From: the human T2T-CHM13v2.0 reference genome, Homo sapiens
Direction: 5' to 3' (one strand)
Assembly: GCF_009914755.1 (NCBI RefSeq)
Contig: NC_060934.1
DNA length: 64,000 nucleotides
A program made the position numbers and the translations under genes. The notes beneath the pieces were generated by a model, which was not told the DNA's origin, did not search any database, and saw only the letters and a list, made by a program, of their open reading frames with translations. This document shows, in pieces, positions 1 through 16,950 of the stretch. Position 1 is the first letter of the stretch, and the number at the start of each line of letters is the position of its first letter.

Positions 1-700
1 AAGAAATCCCATACCTGTTAGCAGTCTGTCCCATTCCTCCCATTCCCCTGAATCCCTGGCAACCACTAATCTGCTTTCTGTCTCTATAAATTTGCCTATT
101 TGAATATTTCATTGACATGAAATTATACGTTATGTTGCCTTTTGTGTCTGGCTTCTTTCGCTTCACAGGTTTTCAAGGTTCATCCGTATATAACATGGGA
201 TCAGTTCTTCATTTTATGGCTGAACTATATTCCATTGTATGGATATGCTATATTTTGTTTATTCTTTCATCATCTGATAAACATGTAGGTTGTTTTTACT
301 TTCTGTATTAGGTGAATTATGTGTATTATGAATAATGTTGCTGTGAATATTCATGTACAAGTTTTTATGTGGACATATGTTTTCAATTCTCAGAATTTAC
401 ATCTATGTTTTCTCTAAGAGTTTTATAGTTTTGACTACTACAGTTAAGTCTTTGATTTTTAGGGTTTTTTTTTTTTTATATGTTGTGAGGTAGGGATCCA
501 ATGTCACCTTTTTGCATACAGATATCCAGTTGTCCCAGCACAATTTGCTGAAAAGATTATTCTTTCCCCCATTAAATTATCTTGGCACTCTTGAAAAATC
601 AACTGACCATAAGTGCATTGGTTTATTTCTGATTGTTTTTAATATCTACTGAGAAAATCATAAGAATTTTCTTTCAATACAAAGCACTGTTAGAATTAAT
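1..700 (-). mobile_element. Old L1M (L1ME/MD-like) fragments
   Basis: Degenerate L1 3' motifs (aaccactaatctgctttctgtctcta; atatccagttgtcccagcac). Confidence 0.7.
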
Positions 701-756
701 AATTTTTAACTATCTTTAGTCAAGAGATGACCCAAATTGAGTTATGATGAAATACT

Positions 757-1057
757 CTTTATTTTTGAGACAGTCTCACTCTGTTGCCTAGGCTATAGGA
801 GTGCAGTGGCACAATCATGGCTCACTGCAGCCTCAGTCTCCGAGGCTCAAGTCATCTTCCACCTCAGTCTGCTAAGTAGCTGGGACTACAGATGCGCACC
901 ACCATGCCTAGCTAATTTTTGTATTTTTTGTTTTTTGTAGAGATGGGGTTTTGCCATTTTGCCCAGGCTTGTCTCAAACTGCTAGGCTCAAGCGATCCAC
1001 CTGCCCTTGGCCTCCCAAAGTGCTGGGATTACAGGCGTGAGTCCACCATGCCAGGCC
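757..1057 (-). mobile_element. AluJ
   Basis: Full antisense Alu dimer with J diagnostics (ggctcaagcgatccacctgcc). Confidence 0.9.
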
Positions 1058-1934
1058 AGTCATGGTGAATTATTGTTTTTGTAGTCTGTTAAACTAGATT
1101 AGCTATTATTTTGTGTTAATAAGTGAGATCGACATATTGCCTACTTTTTTAGTGCCATCTTTTTCAGGCTTTGTTATGAGGTTTATGTAGGTTTTATAAC
1201 ATAAGCTCCATCTTCTATAGTTTGGGAAAATAAAGGGTTTAAAGTGGTTCACAATTTAAAATGTTTGAGGTCCCCTGACACCTCTGGAAGGATTTCCCTT
1301 GCTCCTGTCTGTGAGGTCCCAGGTATCTGCAAAATTATGTCTAAACCACAAATGAATGTTTAACTCAGTTGAGTTTCAGTTATAGTTAAAGAACAAGTCA
1401 CAACCTTAAGAATAATGTTATTCTCTTCTTCTCCATCCGTGTCAGCTGAAGTTATCCTTTACATTAATAGTTTGCTTACCCGAGGTTGCTGTCATCTTTC
1501 ATTTTTCCTGAACACTCATCATGTTTCTCTTCATCTGCAGCTGCTGCTACTTAATCTAAAGAAAATGCAGCCTGTGCAGTTGACATATTTGCTTTCCTAA
1601 ATACCTTGCATCTGTCTTTACACTGAAGTTTGCCTCTCTGTGTGACAATTAGAACATAGGCTTGGAGCCAAGCTGGTGTACACCAGCCATATGACCTTTG
1701 TAGGGTCTTTGCTTACTCACCAACAGAACACGGACAATAGTAGGATCCACCTCATTGGACTGTGGAGAGCACTGAATGATTTACTATTCACAAAGTGTTT
1801 AAAATGATGCTTTGCCCTTAGAATACAGAATTTAGCACTTAAAAACACTTGTCTCTTACAGGCTGAAATTTCAGAGCTTAGATATTATGCCTCATTTCAA
1901 TTCTCTCCCATACTGATTTTTTAAAAATAAAACT

Positions 1935-4786
<2,852 letters not shown>

Positions 4787-6829
4787 AAAAATAAAACTAT
4801 TCTCCTCATTAGTACTCACTATTTCTGGCTCAGGAGACTCTCCTTCCCTTACAGTGTCCCTTGGACTTTACCTGCCTATGAAGCCCCCACAAACACCAGA
4901 TAGCTCTTCCGAGAAGAGTTTCATAAAACTGGGGCTGTTTTTACTTCCTGCTGATCCTCAAGCTCCTTTCACACCAAATTCAAAAGGTTTGTGGCCTCTG
5001 CTGCACCTTTAGAAGGCTGTTAAGTTATCATCCCCACCTCTGATGCCTTTTCTAAGATGACCTCATGGCTTCCTGCTGCACTTGCACCAGCAGAAGGAAT
5101 GCATCCCACATGAAGCCCATGGAAAGCACCATGGCCACAGCTCACCACATACAGGCAGATGATCTCTCTTCTGAGCTCCACACCCTTACGAGTAGCACCC
5201 TTCTGAATGTTTCTGTCTCAAGCTCAGCTTGTTCAAAGGTGGGTTTATCAGCATCCCAAGCAAACCTTCTCCTTCTCTATTGTCTGCAAATGGCTCCGAC
5301 ATTTTGCCACCCAGAAAAAAACCCTAGCAGTCATTCTGGATTCCTTCCTCTCACCATCCTCATCACACACTAGCCACACTTTATGGTTCAATCTTCTAAA
5401 TTTCCCCTGAATTCACCCTGCCACCCACACTTTAGCTGAACCCCTTGTCACCAACGATGCTGGCTGTCATCCACTCTTGACCCTTTTCGCCAGAGTGATC
5501 TTCACAAACGCAAATCTGACTTCAGATTTCTCCAGAGCTCCTTGTAGTTTTCAGGATGGATGGTCAAGTTCCCTAATTTTGACCCCAAAGCCCTATGTGA
5601 CTAACTGCCCATCTGCATGCAACAAGGAGCTCGGAGCCGCCCTTTTCAAGGCCGGTTTCTCCATGTCAGCTCAGCCCCCTCTCTCCTGCTTGGCTCCTCT
5701 CCTTAGATTTCCCCATTTTTCCACCTTATCTGTCTCTTCCTTTCTATTGGATCATTTCCATTGGCATAAACTTGGTCTCTCTGCCATCTTTGTCCAGCTA
5801 CAACCATTGTTGCTTTCCTTTCTAATCATACTTGCCTGCAGAGATGTCCAATGCTTACCTCCAGCAGTTTGCTTCATGTCTGCTGCTGAACATTGCCCGT
5901 CTGACCTCTGCCCTTCCCAGCTGCTGAGACTGCTCTCCTCAGAACTGTCAGCAACCTCGTGCATCAAATGAAATGCGCTGTGTCCTCAGCTCACTCCAAC
6001 TCTCCTTAGCATTCGACACTGCTCACCACTCCTGAAAATTATCTTTTCTTATTTTTGTTGACTTTGAAGAAAATTCCTAAGAAATGCTCCTCACTCCATT
6101 CCTCCCTACTTCACAGGGCTCACCCTAACTCTACCCCAGCACCCTAGTTAGTGTCATCCATCCACTGTTGTGGTTTTTCAATATGGTACCATTTATTTGC
6201 AGTTAACTTTCTCATTTACATTTCCAATCTAGACTTATCTTCTAAATAACATGAACTTCCCACTCAACATCTCTGCTCAAATGTGCCATTGGCATTTAGA
6301 ACTGACCATGTCTCAACTCACCTCTGTCACCTGCCTCCCAGCACTTATGCCTGTATGTCTACGTGCAGACACATGCTGATATGCATGTCCAACACAGACA
6401 TGCATGCTCACACACAAACACTGGCACACACACACTCATATGGAAATCACCCTCCAAATTTCCCCATATCAGTTAATGCACAGCCACCCACATTTGCTCC
6501 TCCTAGGAACTTGGGAATCCACCATGACAAACCCCTTTCTTCTACCCCCACCTGCACCCTTCCCCAAGGCCTTTGGATTCTATTCCCCAAATAAGTCTTG
6601 AAGGCATCCATTCTTCTCCTTCTTGGCTTGGGATAGCCTGGTCCAAGTCACCACCATTCCTGGCCTGGACTTCCTCAACAGCCTCCTAATTGATCTCTCC
6701 ACTTCTCATCTTCTTCTTTTGCTGCTATCCCAATCCATATCCCACACACTGTGGAGTGAGCTTTTTAAAATACAAATCTGATCATGTCACTTCTTAAAAC
6801 CATCCACACTTAGAATAAGGCATATGCTA

Positions 6830-7110
6830 AGGCAGCGTGATTGGGAAAGGACCCTCTGAAAAAGAGATATTTAAGCTGCAACCTCAAAGATGAGCAAGGG
6901 GACAGCCAGAAGAGACACAGACAAGGGTGCGTTCTACTTGGGGAAGACAGCAAGGGCAAAGGCCCTGAAGCAGAAACACTTGAATCCTTTAAGGAAAGAA
7001 AGGGGCCCATGTGGTTGGAGCATGGTGAGTGAGGCACAGAATGCTAAGACATGGTGTGGAGAAAGTAGCAAAGGCCCGGCCACACAGGACCCTTTAGGTC
7101 ATGAAATGGG
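6830..7110 (-). mobile_element. L2 fragment
   Basis: L2-like motif cagcaagggcaaaggccctgaagcagaaa. Confidence 0.65.
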
Positions 7111-7348
7111 AACTTTCATAATTATTTTACATGCATGCCCTCAGGCTATAAGCTCCACAGAGCAGCATCCATGTTTGCCTTTTTCCCTTTGTTCACTTAC
7201 TCCCCATGTCCACTTCAATGTCTGGCACATCTTTATAAATTATATGAGAGACAAATACCCCCAGCATTCCAGCCAGATGAAGTAGCTAGCAATTCCCCAA
7301 ATGTATCATGTCTGTTTCTTCTCCTCACAGCCTTGTTCCTGTCTAGCT

Positions 7349-7560
7349 CAGTGATTCTCAACCAGGGGTGATTTTGTCCCTAGGGAACATCTGTTAATTT
7401 CTGAAGACATTTGTGATTTTCACAACTGTGGGGCAGGGGATGCTGCTGGAATCGGATGGGTAGAGGCCAGGGATGCCAGTAAACATCTTGCAGCAGACAG
7501 GACAGCCCCCGCGGCAAATAATTAGCATGCAGGGTCAACAGTGCTGGTTGAGGAACACTG
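7349..7560 (+). mobile_element. MER20 hAT-Charlie DNA transposon
   Basis: TIRs cagtgattctcaacc...ggttgaggaacactg; perfect 8-bp TSD GTCTAGCT at 7341-7348 and 7561-7568. Confidence 0.9.
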
Positions 7561-8051
7561 GTCTAGCTTTTCCTTTAAGCCCCCGGGAGCATCATCTTTT
7601 TTGGAAAGTTCTTTATCCTGATCAAACAGCTTGAACTTGGGGCCCCTCATCTAGGCTCCCCAAACCTCCTTGATGTCATTCATCCCCTTGCCTTGCAATT
7701 GCCCATTCTAACTGTCTCTCACTGGAAGCAACAGAGGCTGGACTATGTCTTCCATCAGCATCTCAAACACACAGTGGTCCACAATTAATTTTTCTTGAAT
7801 GAACACAGCCCCCTGAGATAGGGAGAAGGATGAAGATGAATTTCATGGCACCACTTAAAAATGTATAGCTGACATAGATGAACTCATAGGTCAGAAGGAC
7901 ATCCCCAGCCTCCTGCTCTACCTTGAGAAGCTGCCTGTCTCCAGGTGTTTCTGCTAGTTTGTAACCTATGGAAATGGCAACTTCCCATGTGTCCAATATG
8001 ACAGCATGGTTCACTCAGTTAGTCACTGCATTCAATTTTGTGTTATTCAAG

Positions 8052-8057
8052 TTTAAT
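8052..8057 (-). terminator. FAM170B: Candidate FAM170B polyadenylation signal ATTAAA
   Basis: tttaat on + about 440 nt after the stop codon; no closer AATAAA seen. Confidence 0.5.
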
Positions 8058-8494
8058 CCCAATAACATAAGACATAGAACTAGGGCATATGACAGATTTG
8101 TAATAGTGAAAAAAATAGGGCTGAAGAGTAATTTGCAGTTGGCTGTCCTGTGACCCACATATACTTAGCAAGTGTGGACCTGCCTGATCCACCGGCAAAA
8201 ATAGAAATCCCTCTGGCCATGCGTTTGTGGGTTTCAGATGTTGTGCCTGCCATCAGAAACACTCAAAGCCCTCTCGTTTGGGTTTTGAAATGGACTCTGG
8301 TGGAGATGCTGTGCCTAGGGCAGGAAGGGGGTTCCTTCCAGTCTCCTGGCCCTCGTTGCTCTACACTCCATGCCTTTCCTTCCCCCTGACCCTGGTCCTC
8401 TCTCCCTGCCCTAGTGGCTCTGATACTGCTGGCTGGGGAAGGAGCAGTCCCAGGCCCTGGAGGTGAGGGCAGGGTTGGGTATCTCCCCTCTGGC

Positions 8495-9268
<774 letters not shown>

Positions 9269-10682
9269 TTAAGGGATCAATGCCACATCTACCTTCAGGA
9301 GCCGCAGACTCTGAAAGGGTACAGGCTCTGGGAGCTCTTGAGCAAACACCGCCCCCTCTGCCCATTTCCTGAAAAAATGAAGATGGTGATAATGCCTGCT
9401 TCATAGGGTGTGGTAATGATTGAATAATGTATGAATGCAATCACCAAATCCTTGACTCAACTGAGAAAGACCATTAAATGGTGAATAACAGAGTTATATA
9501 CACATTAGGGATATGATGATAAGGATCAAATAATGTATTAGAGTAATCACCAAGCAAAAGACCATCAACTGGGGAATAGGTAAGCAGACTGAGGTGTATC
9601 CATATGATGCAACCTGTTAAATCCATGAACCACTGAGACGTGCAACAATACGGATGAATCCTGAATGCATTATGCTAAATAAAAGAAGCCAATTAAAAAG
9701 GCCATGTAGTCATAAGAGAATGTGAACAAAAAAAAAAAGAGTCCATGTCGTATATGATTTTATTCAGATGACATTCTAGAAAAGGCAAATTTTTAGCAAC
9801 AGAGAACAGCTCAGTGGTTGCCCAGAGCTGGGGACGGGGTGAGAGGAGACTGGTCATAATAAGGCACAAGGGGACTTTTAGGGGTTTTGAAAAATCTTCT
9901 TTATCATGACTGTGTTGGTGGTTCCACAAATGTACATGTGTCAAACTTCTTTAAATTGTGCATTTAAAATTGCTGAAGTCTGTGTGCATAAAAGACACCT
10001 CAGTAAAGCCCATTTAAAAAACAACACATGCAAAGTGCCTTGGCCAAGCCACCCAGACCCACCATCCTCTTCAACATTTGTGACCTGTCTTCACCTTCCC
10101 GAGGGGGCATCTCACTATCTCCTTCAACACTTACTGTGTCCCTCTTGCCATGGAAGTGCTTGCCAAGTTTAATATTCAAAACAACCCTAAGAAATTATAT
10201 TGTTAGGATTCCCATTCAACAGAGTAGGAAAGAGAGGCATGGAGTTTGAATGAGTGGTGGAGCCATTGGGCCCCCAGAGCTGGTGTGACACTTAGGTGCT
10301 GCCCACAGACACGTCCCAGCGGTCTTCAAATTGATGTTCTAGATTAACTTTCATCATTTTGTTATAAAGGAATTTTTTATTTCGCTGCTGAAATCACAGG
10401 ATGGACGTGTTGTTTTCTCAAATACACATTAAAATAAATACATAATTATAAACATTTTACATTTTCATTCTCATATCCCCTGAAAACACCTTATATACTC
10501 ATAACAGCCTCAGTCACACCAAGTGTCCCATAAATATCAATTTCCTTTCCCTCCACATCTATGTTTATGGTCAACACAACCATTTGGTAACAGTATCAGG
10601 AGGCAACCTGGCACTGTCCCTTCCCATCAGGGCTTCCTTCCCAGGGAGCACAGCTGGCTGACCTTCCAGGCCTTTCTTTTCA

Positions 10683-11030
<348 letters not shown>

Positions 11031-11185
11031 TCATTTCCCCATGGGAACTCCTTTTCTGTCTTGTGTATTATCATGGACACACAGAAACACAAAACACACA
11101 TACTCTTAACTCCTTAGACACACATAAAAACACAAACACATAAACACAGAGACACTTGTATACACTTAAGCATGCATGGAACCGC

Positions 11186-11603
11186 TGTCTTAGTCCATCT
11201 GTGTGGCTTACAAAGGGATACCTGAGGTTGGGTAATTTATAAAAGAAAGAAGTGTATTGGGCTCATGTTTCTGCAGCCTGTACACAAAGCATAGTGCCAG
11301 CATCTGCTTCTGGTGAGGGCCTTAGGAAGCTTCCATTCTCAGCAAATGGGGAAGGGGAGCAGGTGTGTTTAGATCACATGGGTAAGAGAGGAAGGAAGAA
11401 AGAGTGGAGGAAGTGACAGGCTCTTTTCAACACTCAGTTCTCACAGAACTAAGAGTGAGAACTCATTACCACGAGGGTGGCACTGAGCCCTTCATGAGGG
11501 ATTTGTCCCCGTCACCCAAACACCTCCCTCTACGCCCACCTCTCACATTGGATATCAAATTTCAACATGAGATTTGAAGGGGACACATGTCCATACTATG
11601 TCA
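11186..11603 (-). mobile_element. MSTB/MSTA MaLR solo LTR just upstream of FAM170B
   Basis: tgtcttagtccat...caaatttcaacatgagatttgaaggggacaca...tca; flanked by CA-rich simple sequence. Confidence 0.85.
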
Positions 11604-11999
11604 CTCACACACAAAGAAACGCATACATGATCACTCAGACACACATATACGCTGGAACACATATGGCACACACAGTAACATAAACATATGTACGTGTGTT
11701 CACATAGACACATAACATGCTCACACATACAAATTCACACACATATTTACTTAACCACACACACATACATGCACACAAATTCATGCCAGATTAATTAACC
11801 ATACATAGGCTCACATACATACAGTCAGCAGCCAACATAAAATGACCCTGCTTCCCAATGTGGAAAATCTCTCCTTCTCTCCCCCATCTTACGTCCCCAC
11901 GCTGACCCTGTTTAGCTCCTCAACCCTCCACAACCCCACCCCACCCCTCCCCTCCCCTCTCCTCTACTCACTCCCTTGCTCAGTTCCTGTGACTCCAGA

Positions 12000-12430
12000 C
12001 ACTTCACTGCTCCCGGACATGCCCGGCATCCTCCCCTCACGGGCTCTGGGCTCTGGCACTTGCTCTTCCTTGTGCCTGTTCCAGGCTTTCCCCTAGGTTC
12101 CTGTGTGGCTCTCTCTCCTTCCGGTCTCCTCTGAAACATCACCTGGTCAGAGGAGCCTGCCTGGCACCCCCAGGAAAAGAGCTTTCTTTGGCCCTACAAC
12201 TCTCTGTCACCTTACCCTGCTTTATTTTTCCATGATAGCATTTACCACCCTAGGCTGTATATAATGTCTGTGTGTGTATCTCATGGGTTTACCTGTATCT
12301 GTCTTCTCCTCCTTAGATGTAAGCTTAGGCAGGTAGGGACTTCCTTCGTTCCATCCACCTCATTATATCTCTAGTGTCTAGATCAATGTTTTACATATTA
12401 ACAAGCACTCAGGAAATAATGAGTAAATAG
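12000..12430 (+). mobile_element. L2a-like 3' end
   Basis: cctgctttatttttccatgatagcatttaccacc...ttagatgtaagct. Confidence 0.65.
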
Positions 12431-14149
12431 CTGATGAACACGTTGGGCTGAAAAAGGCGTTACTCCCTCTGGGAGCTGCCTCCTCTGTGCTCCCTGGATC
12501 TCTGCAGTTCCAGGGTGGTTGGTTCTCTCCCACTAGGACTCTGGGAGTTGCCTCTTCCTTCTCCATTTGCACAAACCACGCTTCAGCCTCAATCAGCCTG
12601 ATAAAATGTTCACCTGCCATCTCTCTGCTCTGCAACACGCTGGCACTTCACTCATTTCCTCCAACAAGCTTCTTACCACTTCCCTCTGTGGCTAATCTCT
12701 TCCCACCCTTGGTCAGTCTCATCAACTCTATTCCTTTGAATCCCAAATACTAAACAGTTCAGATAGGTGATGGATTGAAAATAATCCCAATATTCCACAA
12801 GCAACATCAACATCCCCCACACACCCAGCACCGAGGAATACCCTCCTCTCTAGAATGTGAGGCCACTGTGTGGAGGAAGACACCACGGTGCTCTACTGAG
12901 CCATGAAAGTCACGCCTGACCTAAACAGAAGACTACGTCCCCTGGCTAAAAGAGGAAATAGTGTAAGTGCACCCTTTTTTAACAAATAAATACAAAGACT
13001 TGCCTTACAAAAACAAGAGGGGGCAGCCAGCACAGAAAATAAGTAGGTCATTGGGGGATGGAAGGCAGTTCAGAGAGAGATGACATCATGGAGAATTGTT
13101 AAGCGGCAAAGTAAACAGCAAGTCTGGGAGGAAAGGAGACTCAGCCAACAAATTATGCTGAAAAATTATATTCGCTATTTTTTTGAATCAACTTTGGTCT
13201 CACTTCATGTAAAACAATTAAGAATATTTTCATAATGGTTCAGAGCTTACGCTTTAATGAAAAATGTGTAGAAAGAAAATATGTTAACATTTGTAATTAC
13301 AAGGTGCTTTTTCTCAACTTAAACAATATTAGTCTTCACAAGCATTGAGAAACTTTGTCATCTTTTCTAATTTCACTGCTTTAAAAAACTCACTGTTTCA
13401 ATTTGCATTCCTCTGCTTTTCAGTGGAACTGGAAAAAAAAGCAAATGAGCAAGCAGTTTCCAGGGGAAGAAATGCAGAGGGATGATAAATATATGAGAAG
13501 ATGTTGAGTCCTACTGTAATAAGGGAGCTACAACTTAAAAATGTGTAGTATACAGTATAGCACTTTTCACCCATGAGATAGGTAAGAGTTAAAAAGATGG
13601 ACAATACCCAGTGCTGGTGAGGACGTAAGGAAATGAACACTTTTATTCTCTGTTGGAACAGTGTACCTTAACTTTCTCAAAAAGTTTGGTGGTACCCATT
13701 AGAATTAAAAGTGGGCAGGCACTTCCTAAGCAGTTTACTATCATCTCTTTCCTAGGGAACAGCCACATTACATGATATGTGCATAAAATAGCACCTAGAG
13801 AAATATTTATTGCAGCATTGTGTATAATAGAAATAAAGACAGGAGACTTTCCTAAGATCCATCAAAATAAAGAAACTACAACATAATCAAACTGTGGAAT
13901 ACTACACCACGATAAAAAGAAAGAGATCTATACATACTGATAAGTGAATTCATGTTAAATGAAAACACAAGATACGAGGAATAGATAGATGACCCCACCT
14001 ATGTAAAAATCAAACATACTCCCTCAAAAGCACTGACCAAATTCTATATTGTCTATGTATCAAAAGGCACAGAGGAGATCTGAAAATAATCACACCCAAG
14101 AGAAAACAGTGTTGACCTCAAGAAAGAGGAAAAAGATTAGGTGGGGCTG

Positions 14150-14660
14150 TGTGAGACCAAATTTTCCAAAGATGGCCAAACCAATCTATATCACAACCCA
14201 CATGCTCTTCTGATAGCACGACAGCGTCCTTCTTCCTGAACTGGGGTGGATTTTGTAACTGCCTCAATCAACAGAATGCACAGGAGTGATGTTTTGTGAC
14301 TGTCAGTGCCAGATCATAAAAGATGTGACTTCCTCCTGGTTCTGTCTCCCTTCTCCTTTGGACTCAGCCACTATGTTGTGAGGAAGCCTAGGCCACATGG
14401 AGAGGCCACATAGATGTGTTCCAGGCAGCAGCCCCAGCAAAGGTCTCAATCAACCACCATATGTGTGAGTGAAGGAACCTTCAGATAATTTTGCTTCCCA
14501 GACTTCAAGTCTTTCAGCTGGGGTCCAAGACATCACAAGGCAGAGACAAGCCCTCCTGGAATTCCCCACCCACCGTGAGCATAAGAAAACTGTGAGCATA
14601 AGAAAAGGTGTTTTACACACTAGTTTCTGGGGCAATTTGTTACAGGGCATGGTAATTCAA
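14150..14660 (+). mobile_element. MLT1 (H/I-like) MaLR LTR
   Basis: ccaaagatggcc...atgttgtgaggaagcctaggccacatggagaggccaca...ttctggggcaatttgttacag. Confidence 0.75.
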
Positions 14661-16833
14661 TGGACTTTGATTTTCCCTTGTAATATTTAAATATGTTCTA
14701 GTGAGCTAGTTCGTTAACCAGCATCTGTGCTCTGTGCTTCTTCCTGGCCCAGTCAGGGAAACCTGGGGGCCAGGTGAGCCCTGTGGTTTTCCCAGGACAA
14801 CTTGGGAGGATGGTTCCCATTCTTACCCCATAGGAAACAACTTACTAGATTGCAATGTTTATATACGGTTGCTTTTGTAAAGGCAAAAGCTTTACAATTT
14901 GGGATCCAAACGATGTTTTCCAAAGTCCCTTGAGTCGGGTCTTTCTTTACCCAGAATCTATATACGTTCTTCCTAATCCTCTCAAAAATTATACACTGTG
15001 AACCCTCCTTAGAGATAGGGAGCTTGGCACTTCAGAGGGGTTTGATGAACCTTGGGTGGGAAAGCTGGGAGAGAAGTGGCTTCCATCTCACGCCTGGGGG
15101 CAGGGCTGCATGGCCAGGTTGCTCTGATGTTTCCTATGGGCTACTTCCCTGGGGCTAGTTTGGAGTGAAGCCCCTCAGATGGTGAGCGATTGTCCTCCTC
15201 ACTCACATGGCCTCTGGCTGTTTCCGTCTATGGGAAGAGCCTCTGCCCCAGCCGCTCTGCTTGCTCCATGCAGATGTTCAGCTGAGACCACCCACAAAGG
15301 GCTCCCACCCATCCCCCTGCCACTCTCCAGTGGGTTTTCCAGCCCTGCCAGGAACCTCTGCGCCTCACTGCTGCAGCCAGCAGGGCTGGTGTGCAAACCC
15401 CCAAAAGGACCAACGCAGCACTTTCTTGGAGCTCTGACGCCTGGCCAGCTCATTGCACACATTGCATGCGAGCCCTAAACCTCATCCAAGAGGCCTGGAA
15501 TATTTTCTACTCTTAACTTTTCTTCCAAAACCTACTCTTCCCAGCCTCTGTTTTTCCCAGCTGAGGAGGCTAACAGGAAATAAAGTGGCCACAGCCACAG
15601 CAGGAAGCAGAGAGGCCATGTCTCTCTTCACTTCTAATTCCAGAGCTTGGCTTGCGCCCCAATCTGGGCTGTGGGGAGAATCACATCATTCATTCTGGGG
15701 TCCATGGGAGTCCAGAAATAATCTGTCCATTTGGCCAAGGGGTGGTGCTTCGGTCTTAATCATGGCATTTCTGTGGCTAGAGCCACTGTGTAAAGGTGTT
15801 GCAAACGGGCAATGATCCTGCTCTTCTCTCCACACCGAAAGTGGGGCCCCTCTAAGGGGGCAGGTGCCTTGCCACCCTCCCAAAGTTATCCTATTATCAG
15901 ATTTAACACCTGAGGGCAGGGGAGAAGTGGGAAGCTGCCCGGATGCTGCGCAGCAGGTTTGCATGGAGTGGGGTTTGTGGTGTTCAGAGTGGGAATTTTT
16001 CCCAGTGAAGGTCAGTCCTCAGGGCTTAGGGATGACCTCATTGTGTGCTTGGGCTGCAGAGAAAGTGCCAAAAGCCATCAGACAAACTGAGAAGTGGGGT
16101 AGGGAAGTACTATCTTTTGGGTTTATTTTCTGTTGCTTCTTGTAACTATTTTAAAAGAAGTGAGTCAGTGGACCACAGAAGGCTCAGCTCAGCCACAGGG
16201 AAATGTAATCCGGAGGACTCTTCTTCAGCTCCCCCAAGCAAATAGGAAAGGGAGTTTTGCTTTTGTTTTTCTTTAGACATAATAACAGGCTGCTCCTTTG
16301 GTGGGTTTGTTTGGCGCTGTCTCGGGTTTTGGCCTTCACCTCAGAGTGCCCACACAAATAGCCAAGGCCTTCCCTCTCATCAGGGAACCAGGAGGGGGCT
16401 GGTCCCTGGGGCTGGGTCCTCAGTCATGGCATGGCTGTGCTCCAGGCCCCAGAGCCCCACCTGGCCTGGAGCCTGCTGCATTTTGCTCAGCTCTGGCCCA
16501 GCAGGGCTGTGAATGTTCAACAAGGTTGTGGGATGCAGAAGTGTCTTCTTCCAACACACGCTTCCTTGGAAGGGCAGCTTCAGCTGAGAGGAAAGACTCC
16601 TTGCTGGATGCCATGCACGTGACCCAGGATCCCAGGATCCCACAGGATCCCAGCACTGGCCACATCCTGTGTATGTTCTTGGAGAGCCATGGTGGGAGCT
16701 CTAGGGAAAGGGGTCTTCTCTCTCTCTATGTCCAAAATGGGCTGGCCACAGGCCACGCTGGACACAGCCCTCAGGAGCCATTCCTGTCTTCTACTGGGCC
16801 AGCTTTCCTGCAGCATGGCACAGCTCTGACTTG

Positions 16834-16950
16834 GAGGGTGAGACTCGGGGACTCAGAGGCCGACAGTGAGTCACCTTGATGTCTAAGTGTGTGAGGGTGA
16901 GAACCCAGGACCCAGAGGCTGACAGTGAGTCACCTTGACGTCAAAGTGTG
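16834..16950. repeat. 59-bp tandem duplication (2 copies)
   Basis: Unit gagggtgag...agaggc(c/t)gacagtgagtcaccttga(t/c)gtc(t/a)aagtgtg starts at 16834 and 16893. Confidence 0.9.

Noticed and set aside
16298-16879. 193-aa ORF, and similar 100-180 aa ORFs at 5477, 21900, 39477 and 44555
   Set aside because: Mostly non-ATG starts, no homology I recognise and no supported exon structure; expected by chance in GC-rich DNA.
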